Position numbers and translations under genes: made by a program. The notes under the pieces are model-generated. The model did no database searches and was not told the DNA's origin. It was given only the letters and a program-made list of their open reading frames with translations. Below, one piece after another: positions 22,456 through 31,732 of a DNA stretch of 64,000 nucleotides. How positions within the stretch are numbered: position 1 is the first letter of the stretch; each line of letters begins with the position of its first letter. Source of the stretch: Nitrospinales bacterium (lineage in GTDB: Bacteria; Nitrospinota; Nitrospinia; Nitrospinales; VA-1); assembly GCA_965223345.1 (NCBI GenBank), contig CBDCWG010000012.1:480001-544000 (forward strand). Direction: 5' to 3'.

Positions 22456-23440
22456 GATCGAATCGTACCCGAACCAGTTTGTTTCTGTGCCTCTGGATTC
22501 CATCGACTCAGAGGACACTCTCACCGACTTTTCCCTGTCTGCCGCTCCCGCCGCGCTTGAGCAATCGATCCGCTCAAGCGGTGTGGTGCACCCGGTCGTC
22601 CTCATGGCGAGCGACGGCCGACACCGCATCGTCTGCGGCCACCGCCGCGTCCGCATCGCGCAGGCGCTGGGCCGGGACTCCATCGCCGCCCGGCTCATCG
22701 AGACGCCGCTGAAGGACAGCGAGCGGCTTTTGCTCAATCTCTCGGAAAACCGCGGTCACCGCGTGTTCAGCGATGTGGAAAAGGGCCTGCTGCTCGCGAA
22801 GCTGTTGCAGGCGGACCTGACCGAAGCCGCGATCATCGATGAGTATATGCCCTGGATCGGATTGGAGCGAAGCAAAAAATGGCTGCAACGGCTTGTTCGG
22901 GTGAGGGAACTGACGCCCGCGCTGCAGCGGTTGCTGCACGAGCTCAACGTCCCGGTCCGGGTGTTCGACCCGCTGCTGCGCTGGAGCGAGGCGGACCGGC
23001 TTGCGACGTTTCCGGTGTTTGCGGCGCTGCGGCCGGGCGTGAACAAATGGCGCGATCTTCTGGAACTGGTGGACGAAATCGCGGTGAAATCGAACCGCTC
23101 CCCGGCGGCGGTGCTGAACGAAACGGAGGTGCGGAGCATTCTGGACGGGGATACGGCGGCGCCGGAAAAATACGCGCTCCTCACGCAGGCGCTGTCCGCA
23201 AAGCGATACCCGCACTGGACGGCCCTGCGCAAACAGGCGGCCCAGGCGATGGACCGGCTCCAACTGGAACCGGAAACCAAAATCCGCGTGCAGGATTCGT
23301 TCGAGTCGAACGAGATGCGCATCGAACTGAAGTTCTATGACAGCAAATCGCTGGTGCGGCAGGTGGAGGCGCTGGACCGGGCGGCCCGGTCCGAGGCGAT
23401 GGCAACGCTGATCGGGATGTTCAGGAATCTGGATGGGTGA
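22454..23440 (+). CDS. ParB/Srx N-terminal domain protein (orphan, no adjacent parA)
   Basis: LEQSIRSSGVVHPV, IVCGHRRV (GxxR) and SEN...SDVEKG motifs. Confidence 0.75.
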   Translation: MIESYPNQFVSVPLDSIDSEDTLTDFSLSAAPAALEQSIRSSGVVHPVVLMASDGRHRIVCGHRRVRIAQALGRDSIAARLIETPLKDSERLLLNLSENRGHRVFSDVEKGLLLAKLLQADLTEAAIIDEYMPWIGLERSKKWLQRLVRVRELTPALQRLLHELNVPVRVFDPLLRWSEADRLATFPVFAALRPGVNKWRDLLELVDEIAVKSNRSPAAVLNETEVRSILDGDTAAPEKYALLTQALSAKRYPHWTALRKQAAQAMDRLQLEPETKIRVQDSFESNEMRIELKFYDSKSLVRQVEALDRAARSEAMATLIGMFRNLDG

Positions 23441-23530
23441 AAGCGAAAATACGAGACAGGATGAACAGGATAAAAGCAGGGATAAAATCAGAAAAACCTT
23501 TGCCTCGCGCAAAGGCGCCAAGCCGCAAAG

Positions 23531-23769
23531 CCCCCCTCACCCAAGCCACCCCCAATAATAATAAGCGGGTGGCAGAACAAGTTCTGCACTTCCTCATTAA
23601 ACTAATTTCAAGGAAGGTCGCCAAGCTATGCTCGACGCAATCCTCTCCCCCCTCATAGGGGGGAGAGGAAGATAGTTAGAAAATCATAATGGGTGAAATA
23701 AAGGATAAAGTCGTGAGTTAAAGGACGCTCCCCCTCTCCCCTGGAGGGAGAGGGCTGGGGTGAGGGGGA
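23531..23769. repeat. REP/MITE-like palindromic element cluster
   Basis: CCCCCCTCACCCAAGCC at 23531 is an imperfect inverted match to GGGCTGGGGTGAGGGGG at ~23752-23768. Internal hairpins: TCCTCTCCCCCCT-CAT-AGGGGGGAGAGGA (23641-23669) and CCCTCTCCC-N5-GGGAGAGGG (23732-23754). Confidence 0.65.
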
Positions 23770-23788
23770 TTAAAAGAATTCGTTCTTT

Positions 23789-25012
23789 CTACTTCCTCGG
23801 GATTTTGAGCTTGGCGAACTCTTCCGGTTTGCGCCCGTAGCGTTTGTACAGCGCATTGATGACGCGGATGGTTTTGGCGATCCATTCGTCCTGGTGTTTT
23901 TGCACGAAATGGTGCTTGGCGATGGTGAGGTGCTGGATGGCGTAGTAGCCCTCCTTGTTTTTATCGAGCGCCTCCCCGAGCCAGTAGTGCGCCATCGCGT
24001 GTTCGGGGTTCATGTCCACGGCTTCCCGAAGCGCGGCGAGTTCGGCTTCCAGATCCTTGGCTTCGCGGTGGGTTTTGGCGGCCTGGTACTGCGCTTCCGC
24101 AAGGTGGTCGCGCACCTTCTCGTTGTTCGGGGTGATCTTCACCGCCTCCTGCAGCGGCTGCACGGCTTCCGGGAAGCGTTTGAGCTTCATCAGGGCGACG
24201 CCGAGCTTGAAGTTGGCTTCGCGCGCCATCCTCGGGCTGACCTTCACCGCGGTCGCCAGGTACTGCACGGCTTTTTCGTGCTTCCCCAGCCGGGCGTACA
24301 GCATGCCGAGATTGAGATTGGGCAGCACCGATTTCGGGTTGACGCGGATGGCGTCCATGTAATGCTTGATGGCCCTGTCGTTGTCGCCGAGCTTGCTGTA
24401 GACGATGCCGAAGTTGTAATTGGCGTCCACCACCAGGTTCTTGTCGAGCCGCAGCGCCTCCTTGAATTTTTCCAGGGCGTCGTCGTAGCGCCCGAGTTCG
24501 GTGTAGCAGATGCCGAGCGAGAGATGCGCCGGGCCGTAATCGGGCAGGATCTTCACCGCCTCCTGAAAATGGTGCATCGATTCTTTCTGCTGTTTGCGTT
24601 TGCCGTACAATATGGAGAGGTTGGTGTGCGCCTGCGCCAGCCTCTTCTTGACAGCCGGGCTGTCCGGGTCCAGCCTCAGGGCTTCTTCCAGAAATTCGAG
24701 CGCTTCGTCGTCGCGCCCCAGTTCCACCAGCGCCAGCCCCAGCTGATAATGGGCGCTCTTGTGCTTGGGGTTGATGCGCACCGCTTCTTTCAGGGGCGAG
24801 ACGGCTTCGGAAAAACGGCTGAGCTCGATGTACACTTCGCCGAGGTTGTACTGCCCCATGCCGTCGAGCGGGTTGGCGCGCACGGCCTCCTTGTATTTTT
24901 CCAGCAGGGCTTTCAGTTCTTCGGGAGGGCGTTTCGGACGTTGTTTGGGCGCGGTTTTCTGGGGTTTCTTGGAGAACAGTCCGCCGATGAGGTTTTTAAA
25001 CGATTCGAACAA
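23789..25012 (-). CDS. Tetratricopeptide repeat protein
   Basis: Many 34-aa TPR-like repeats (e.g. AHYQLGLALVELGRDDEAL). Confidence 0.88.
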   Translation of the reverse strand: MFESFKNLIGGLFSKKPQKTAPKQRPKRPPEELKALLEKYKEAVRANPLDGMGQYNLGEVYIELSRFSEAVSPLKEAVRINPKHKSAHYQLGLALVELGRDDEALEFLEEALRLDPDSPAVKKRLAQAHTNLSILYGKRKQQKESMHHFQEAVKILPDYGPAHLSLGICYTELGRYDDALEKFKEALRLDKNLVVDANYNFGIVYSKLGDNDRAIKHYMDAIRVNPKSVLPNLNLGMLYARLGKHEKAVQYLATAVKVSPRMAREANFKLGVALMKLKRFPEAVQPLQEAVKITPNNEKVRDHLAEAQYQAAKTHREAKDLEAELAALREAVDMNPEHAMAHYWLGEALDKNKEGYYAIQHLTIAKHHFVQKHQDEWIAKTIRVINALYKRYGRKPEEFAKLKIPRK

Positions 25013-25293
25013 TCCCCTTTCTCCCGTTCTTTAAGGTCTTTTCCCGTCCCGCGATCTGTGCGACACTGAATGAAGCGGGCGCTTGAAAATTGCTGGCACC
25101 TTTTTAGCGGGTTGATGGGTCAAAATCAACCCCCGCCGCCGCGGCGAAAAAAATTTCCGGCCGCGGTCCTCTTGCGGTTGTGACATCGCATTCTTTTGGA
25201 TCCTTCGGAAGGGCTTCGATCTTCCGTCCGCCGCCCGCCTTCCGGAGTTCCCTCATTTCCACGTCATGAAACACAAATAGAAGGAGATGCACC

Positions 25294-26946
25294 GTGGTTT
25301 CCTCTGCAACGGCCAAAGACAAATCCCTGCTTCCGGCCTCGATCCTGCGACTGATCGAGTCGATCGAAGCGGAAAAGGACATGACGCCTTACAAAGCGCG
25401 TGATCTGCTGATTGCGGCGGAACTGAAGATGGAAGATTTGGAGACCTGGGCGACGTACGATCACCCCGCGGCGGACAGCTACGGCCGCACACTGGTTTAC
25501 GACGGCGGTTATTTTGAAATGATGGCGATGTCCTGGCTGCCGGGGGACTGTTCGGGCATCCACGACCACGGGCACACGCAATGGGGCGCGGTGCAGGTGT
25601 TCGGCCCCGCCGAGCACGCGGTGTTTCTGGTGCAGGACGGGGAGATCAGCACGCTGACGCGCACCAAGGTGAAGGCGGGTCAGGTGCTCGCGGTCGGGCA
25701 CCAGCTGGTGCACCAGATGCAGAACCCGACCAACATCAAGTTCCTCACGTTTCACCTGTACGGCACGCCGGATCCTGCGCGCCCGATCACCGGCGACGCG
25801 CGCATCTTCGTGATCGAGAGCAATCAGATTCAGCGCACCGACGGCGGCGTGTTCTACGCGCTGCCTGAGGAACAGATCAAATCGACGGAACCGGGCCCGC
25901 GCCCGGACTACATGACCTGGCTGCGGGATCTGGTGGAGCTGTTGAAGCGGCTGCACCGGACGCAGGTCGCGGGGCCGCTGCCGGACGACTGGGAAACGCG
26001 GCTGAAGGAGTTGCAGCAGAAACTGTTCGATGTGAAAAACTGGGACTGGTTCGTGCGCGACCTGATGTACAACGTGGACGAGGAAACGGGCTTCGTGGTG
26101 GAGGCGGGAGTGTACAGCCTGCTGCGCAAGGAGCTGACGGAAGCGGCGGAGGTGCAAAAGCACCTGTTGTTCCAGCACAAGGAAGAGGAAGATCCGTTTT
26201 TCACCTATGCGGAGTTGTACGACGATGTGGTGGGGCTGCCCTGTCTGGAGGAATTCATCGCGCCCTACCTGCGTTTCGTGATCGACAAATACAACCTGAA
26301 CCTCAAAGAAGACCGGCTGCTGTCCATCGGCTGCGGCACCGGCGTGGTCGAGGATTTTCTCATCCGCGAATGCGGCATGCCTAAGGAAAACCTGCTGGGC
26401 ATCGACAAATCGGAAGCGATGATCCAGGTGGCTTCGCGCCGCATCCACGCCGAGGTGAAAGACCTGCTGGCGTTGTCGGGGCAATCCTGGGACCTGTCGT
26501 TCAGCGGGCTCAACGTGTTTCAGTACCTGGCTCCGGAGCAGCTGGAGCAGGCCATCGAGGTGACGGCGCAGATCACCAAACCCGGCGGCACCTTCTTCGG
26601 CGATTTCATCACGCCCGACCACATCCGCATTTACCCGCACGTGATCCGCTCGCAGAGCGACAACGTCATCTCGCTGCGGCAGCCGGTGCTGATCGAGCGC
26701 GGCAACAGCACCTATCAGCAAAGCGAGATCCTCAACGTCAACCGGCAGTCGGGAAAACTGTCGATCACCCACGAAGGCAAGCACGTGCGGTTCCTGCCGT
26801 CGCTGTGGCGTCTGCGCAAACTGTTCGAGCGCACCTTCGAAGGCGCGGTGGACGTGTACGACGCGGTGACGCTCAAACCCATCGAGCGCAAGGCGGACAC
26901 CTGCCCCTCGACGCGCATCCTCATCGTCGCGCAGCGTAAAAAATAA
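25294..26946 (+). CDS. Cysteine dioxygenase (cupin) - class I SAM methyltransferase fusion
   Basis: N-terminal YGRTLV, SGIHDHG, LVHQMQNP and FHLYGTP; C-terminal LLSIGCGTG and GIDKSEAM; AGGAG RBS before the GTG start. Confidence 0.85.
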   Translation: MVSSATAKDKSLLPASILRLIESIEAEKDMTPYKARDLLIAAELKMEDLETWATYDHPAADSYGRTLVYDGGYFEMMAMSWLPGDCSGIHDHGHTQWGAVQVFGPAEHAVFLVQDGEISTLTRTKVKAGQVLAVGHQLVHQMQNPTNIKFLTFHLYGTPDPARPITGDARIFVIESNQIQRTDGGVFYALPEEQIKSTEPGPRPDYMTWLRDLVELLKRLHRTQVAGPLPDDWETRLKELQQKLFDVKNWDWFVRDLMYNVDEETGFVVEAGVYSLLRKELTEAAEVQKHLLFQHKEEEDPFFTYAELYDDVVGLPCLEEFIAPYLRFVIDKYNLNLKEDRLLSIGCGTGVVEDFLIRECGMPKENLLGIDKSEAMIQVASRRIHAEVKDLLALSGQSWDLSFSGLNVFQYLAPEQLEQAIEVTAQITKPGGTFFGDFITPDHIRIYPHVIRSQSDNVISLRQPVLIERGNSTYQQSEILNVNRQSGKLSITHEGKHVRFLPSLWRLRKLFERTFEGAVDVYDAVTLKPIERKADTCPSTRILIVAQRKK

Positions 26947-26958
26947 AAGAAGCGACGT

Positions 26959-27699
26959 TCAGCGTTTGCGTTTCGCCTGGCTTTTCTGTTCAGATTTGAA
27001 TTTAAAGTGGATGAATTTTTTCTTTTCCCACTGCGGGGCCTGGTCGGGGATGAAATACTTCACCCGCGAGCCGCTGATGGAGGCGGCGTTGGTGAGCAGG
27101 GCGATGCGCCAGCGGCCTTTGACTTTTTCCCAGTAGTCGATGTGGGGCTCTTCCACATCGAACGCCACGTTGTCCCGCACGAGGGCGGGGTTGAGTCGTT
27201 CGCGGGCTTTCAGTTTGCCGGCGACCATCGCGTAGCGGCCGTCCTGGCTGATGGAGACTTTTTCCAGCACGTAGTCGTTCACCTTGATGAACGGATTGGT
27301 GAACCAGCGGTAGGTGCGCGGAATGGGAAAACCGAGCGGATCTTTCTTTTCGGGGTTCTTCTTGATGTGGGCGAGGGAGGGCGTCATCGCGCCGGAGACA
27401 TGCTGGTTCGCGCCATCGCGGTAATCGTGCGGCACGCGGCCTTCGAAAAACTTGTATTCTTCCAAAGACACCTTTTTCTGAAACTGCGGGTGCTGGTAGG
27501 CGTAGAGGGATTTCCACTGGCTGGCTTTGCGCTTGGCGAAATAATCCTTTTGCAGGGCGGCGAGTTTTTTCGCCTCCTTGAGATATTTTCCTTTGGATGC
27601 AGCCTGCACGGGGTCCGCACCCGCCACAACCAGCACCACTAAAGCCGCTCCGATCAACGCCTGCTTCCACCCCGCCTGCCCATCGCTTAGAAATCGCAT
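26959..27699 (-). CDS. Hypothetical exported protein
   Basis: Signal peptide ending VQA; fills the gap between neighbours; no family recognised. Confidence 0.7.
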   Translation of the reverse strand: MRFLSDGQAGWKQALIGAALVVLVVAGADPVQAASKGKYLKEAKKLAALQKDYFAKRKASQWKSLYAYQHPQFQKKVSLEEYKFFEGRVPHDYRDGANQHVSGAMTPSLAHIKKNPEKKDPLGFPIPRTYRWFTNPFIKVNDYVLEKVSISQDGRYAMVAGKLKARERLNPALVRDNVAFDVEEPHIDYWEKVKGRWRIALLTNAASISGSRVKYFIPDQAPQWEKKKFIHFKFKSEQKSQAKRKR

Positions 27700-27996
27700 C
27701 CGTCCGGATCTCCTGGAAAAATTCGAAAGTCGTCTCCGGTCTTAACGGCAGCAGCGAAGCAGAGCTAAAGCATCCATTTGAAAGGGGAATTTTTACCAAA
27801 TATGGGCATGAAGAAAAGTAGAAAGTACCTAAAAGGTTTTTCCCCTTGTGGACTTGTGAAAAACCGCTGACCGCTTTTATCACAGGGTCCACAGTTCCAA
27901 CAATCACAAATAGTTAATTCCACTAAAAGTTAAAATTAAGTTTATTCAATAATTAGATTTATCGTTGAGAGGATCACTTTAACTGGAGCAACAATC

Positions 27997-28803
27997 ATGG
28001 AGATCATCGAATTAAAATCTTGGGAAGAATTTGAAGAAAGCTTCAAAAGAGAAATCGACGGGTCTGACTTTAAAAATAAACAGGAATATGATCATATCTC
28101 CAGTCCTTTATTTAGAGGGCAATCCGATAAAGACTGGAAATTGCAAACTACTCTTGAAAGATTCTTCCAAAGCAAAAAAGGATTCAATCAGGAATTTTCA
28201 TGGGATACTTATCATCGAATTCTTCAAGCTGTCGAACGCGCAGTTTCCTCTTTAACATCAAATAGAATTGAGCTTCCTACCTTTAAACATCACATCTCTC
28301 CCATTCCACCCGGCTATGAGTTTATGATTTACTTGAGGCATCACGATTTTCCATCTCCCTTACTAGATTGGACAAAGTCACCTTACGTAGCAGCTTTTTT
28401 TGCATTCAGTGGAGCTACAGTATCAACCGATGTAGCAATCTTTTCGTTTAGAGAAGATATCGGTTTAGGCAAGGGCGGTTGGAGAGGTGAACCACAAATT
28501 GAGGCATTAGGCCCTTATGTAGTAACGCACAAAAGACATTACCAACAACAATGCTACTACACTATTTGCTTTAAAGAAGATGAATACCAAAAAAGAACCT
28601 ATTGCTCTCATCAAGATGTGCAATTTGGAAACGATCAAGACATTTTAAAGAAATATATTATCCCTTACAAAGAAAGAGGAAAAGTTCTTGCGAAACTTGA
28701 CTTGATGAATATCAATGCATTTTCCCTCTTTGGAAATGAGGAAAGTTTGGCGAAGATGCTTGCTTACCGAGAAATGGAAAAAGAAATATCATCAATAATT
28801 TAA
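27997..28803 (+). CDS. FRG domain protein (AT-rich)
   Basis: PLFRGQS, LRHHDFPSPLLDWTKSPYVAAFFA and LDLMNINAFSLF motifs; visibly much lower GC than flanks; GGAG RBS. Confidence 0.9.
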   Translation: MEIIELKSWEEFEESFKREIDGSDFKNKQEYDHISSPLFRGQSDKDWKLQTTLERFFQSKKGFNQEFSWDTYHRILQAVERAVSSLTSNRIELPTFKHHISPIPPGYEFMIYLRHHDFPSPLLDWTKSPYVAAFFAFSGATVSTDVAIFSFREDIGLGKGGWRGEPQIEALGPYVVTHKRHYQQQCYYTICFKEDEYQKRTYCSHQDVQFGNDQDILKKYIIPYKERGKVLAKLDLMNINAFSLFGNEESLAKMLAYREMEKEISSII

Positions 28804-28860
28804 AACCCAAACATCTCTTGCCCTAATAAATTGAGGAAATAATTTCTTTATCGCAACGCG

Positions 28861-30689
28861 CTACTCCCCAACCTTCTGCAAAATCGTTTCGGCGAGGGCG
28901 GGAGTGATGCCGGGGACGGCGGTGAGGTCGGCGACGGAGGCGGCGCGGATGTTCTCGAGGCTGCCGAACTGTTTGAGCAGCAGCACGCGGCGCTTCTTGC
29001 CGATGCCGGGAATGGCTTCGAGCGGCGAGTCGAGCGTGTTCTTGCCGCGCAGCTTGCGGTGGTAGGTGATGGCGAAGCGGTGCGCCTCGTCGCGGATGCG
29101 CTGCAATAAAAAGCGCGACGGCGAGTTTTCTTTGAACAGGATCGGCGTTTTCGTCCGCGTGAGCAGCACTTCGTCGGTGTCGAGGTTGTTGCGGAACTTG
29201 CCCTTGGCGATGCAGGCGAGATCGACTTTGCCGGTGAGCCCCAGCTCCTCCAGCACGGCGGCGGCGGTGTTGAGATGACCGCGGCCGCCGTCGATCAGCA
29301 CGCAGCTGGGCAGCGGTTTGCCTTCATCCAACAGCCTCTGGTAGCGGCGCTGCATCACCTCGCGCATCATGGCGTAATCGTCGATGCCTTCCACGCGCTT
29401 GATCTTGTAGCGGCGGTACGATGATTTGTCGGCCTGACCGCTCTTGAACACCACGACCGAGCCGACGGCGTGATCGCCGGAGATGTTGGAGATGTCGAAC
29501 CCTTCGATGGTTTCGGGATAGTTTTTCAGTTCCAGCGCCGCGCGCAACTCCTCCAGCATGCGGGTGGCGGTTTCGCCTTTGTCGAGCTCGGTGCGCATGG
29601 CGAAACGGGCGTTTTCCTCGGCCATCTTCACCAGCTCGCGTTTTTTTCCGCGCGCGGGAACCTCCAGCTGCACGCGGCTTTTCTTCTTGCCGGAGAGCCA
29701 GGCGGCGATGAGATCGCCATCCTCGATGCCGTGCGGCAGCAGGATCTCTTTCGGCAGCATCGGCTCGCCGGCGTAGTACTGCTTGAGGAACGAAGACAGG
29801 GTTTCGTTGTCCTCCATTTCGTTCTGGCTTTTCATCTTGAAAATTTTCTCGCCCACCATCTTGCCGCTGCGGATCGCCAGCACCTGCACCATCGCCTGGC
29901 CGCCTTCCATGCAGTAACCGACGATGTCCTGATCCTCGAAGGTCGTGGAAACGATCTTCTGCTTGTCGAGCACGGTTTTCACGGCGGCGATCTTGTCGCG
30001 CAGCACGGCGGCTTCCTCGTAATGCTGTTTTTTCGGAGGCCCGCGGCCATCCTGCTTTTCAGGATGTCCATCAGCTCGGAGTTCCGGCCCTTTAAAAACA
30101 GGATCACCTCCTGCACCACATTGCTGTAGTCCTCGGGTGTGATGTAGCCGGCGCAGGGGGCGTGGCAGCGGTTCATCTGGTAGTTCAGGCAGGGCCGCCG
30201 CTGCGGCTGGCCGTCGAGCGGGTCGCGGCTCTGGCGCAGCGGGAAGATCCTGTAGATGATGCGCATGGTCTCGCGCACTTCCTTGACCATGGTGTAGGGG
30301 CCGAAATAGGTGGCGCCGTCTTTTTTCACGCGGCGCACGACTTCCAGCCGCGGGTAGAGCTCCTGGGTGGTCAGGCGCAGGTAGGGGTATTGCTTGTCGT
30401 CGCGCAGGCAGACGTTGTAACGCGGCTGGTGCTTCTTGACGAAATTGCTCTCTAAAATCAACGCCTCGGCTTCGGTGCGCGTGGTGAGGAATTTGATGTC
30501 GCGCACTTTGCCCAGAAAGGTGCGGGTCTTGAGCGGCAGGTGGCGGGAGTTCTGGAAATACGAGCGCACCCGCACGTTGAGGGATTTGGCCTTGCCGATA
30601 TAAAGGATCGCATCCTTCGAATCCTTCATGATATATATTCCCGGAAGCTTGGGAATTTTTTCGATGATGTCGTTGAGCTTGTCCGGCAT
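28861..30689 (-). CDS. uvrC: Excinuclease ABC subunit C, with apparent frameshift at ~30028-30042
   Basis: GIY-YIG N-terminus (PGIYIMKD...LYIGKAKSL) is in ORF 29979..30689. The UVR, RNase H-like (FDISNISG, IDGGRG, RDEAHRFA) and HhH parts are in another frame. Confidence 0.93.
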
Positions 30690-30822
30690 GGGCCTTTTCC
30701 GCTCCGCCTGCGGCGGGCTTGAAAGAGAGATCGGGTTTCTCTCTCAATTATACCGGACTGGGACGATAAGCAATAATTTCAATCATTTCTCAACTTTTTG
30801 CATCCAAACTCAGGAAGACAAA

Positions 30823-31149
30823 ATGAATCAATGGGTGCCCATCACCGAAGAGGAAATGCTGAAACGATTGAATGAAGAATGGAACGACTGCTCTGATAAA
30901 CGAAAAGCAATCTTCGAGAAATACAGAGTGCCGCTGAAAAAGCATCCCATCGAAAGAAACGGAAAAACGGAGCACGTGTTTGTGGTGGCCCGGAAAGGCA
31001 ATGAAGTCATGTATTACGAGGATGTGGAAGAGGGCTTCAATATTTCCCCGATTTCACCGGACGGGAAAATTCTGGAACATGGGTGCAATCAGGATGAATT
31101 AAAACATGCTCTGCGCCATTGGGATACCGAAGACCCTATAAGGGATTGA
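30823..31149 (+). CDS. Hypothetical protein (AT-rich orphan)
   Basis: MNQWVPITEEEM...VMYYEDVEEGFNISP; AGGA RBS; lower GC than flanks. Confidence 0.7.
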   Translation: MNQWVPITEEEMLKRLNEEWNDCSDKRKAIFEKYRVPLKKHPIERNGKTEHVFVVARKGNEVMYYEDVEEGFNISPISPDGKILEHGCNQDELKHALRHWDTEDPIRD

Positions 31150-31159
31150 AGGAGTGTTC

Positions 31160-31559
31160 ATGAAAACGCATCAAGCAGGTGATTCTGATCCGCAAGGATC
31201 TGAACATGCGGCGCGGCAAGGAGATCGCCCAGGGCTCGCACGCGGCCAGCGGGTTTCTGGTGGAAAACCTGCGCGGGGCGCTGGTGAAGGACCGGGCCAC
31301 GGAGGTGACGCTGGAACTCTCTCCGGAGGAGACCACCTGGCTGCTGCAGGGCATGGCCAAGGTGTGCCTGAGAGTCAACTCGGAGGCGGAACTGGTGGAG
31401 CTGCACAAAAAGGCCGAAGCAAGCGGGCTGCCCAGCCACCTGGTGCAGGACAGCGGCCGCACGGAGTTTCACGGCAAGCCCACGTTCACCGCCTGCGCCA
31501 TCGGGCCGGGGGACAGCGAGGCCATCGACGCGCTGACGGGAGATCTGGTGCCGTACTGA
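31160..31559 (+). CDS. pth2: Peptidyl-tRNA hydrolase, Pth2 (archaeal/eukaryotic-type) family; apparent +1 A after the start codon
   Basis: KQVILIRKDLNMRRGKEIAQGSHA, KVCLRV, VQDSGRTE, TACAIGP and IDALTGDL. GAAGGAG precedes ATG 31160; removing one A from 31163-31166 gives MKRIKQVIL. Confidence 0.85.
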
Positions 31560-31732
31560 ACCGCTCGTTATTTTTACGCAAGACATTGAAAAATTCTCGG
31601 AAGGGCGCTACAAAACTCTGCCCAATCGGGTTATACTTTCGGCACCAAGAAGACAAGCGACGGCAATCAGAAGGGTTTTCGCGCTGAGGCGCGAAACTCT
31701 TTTGCAAGCAATCACCAATCAGTTTCCCTCCT

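Noticed and set aside
21568..26946. Ergothioneine/ovothiol-type cluster joining the FGE-family gene and the CDO-methyltransferase
   Set aside because: The FGE protein is a predicted lipoprotein without a DinB-like sulfoxide synthase domain, and the genes are on opposite strands with two unrelated genes between them.
30020..30050. Programmed ribosomal frameshift in uvrC
   Set aside because: Two independent homopolymer extensions here and a third ~1.1 kb away explain it more simply as sequencing error.
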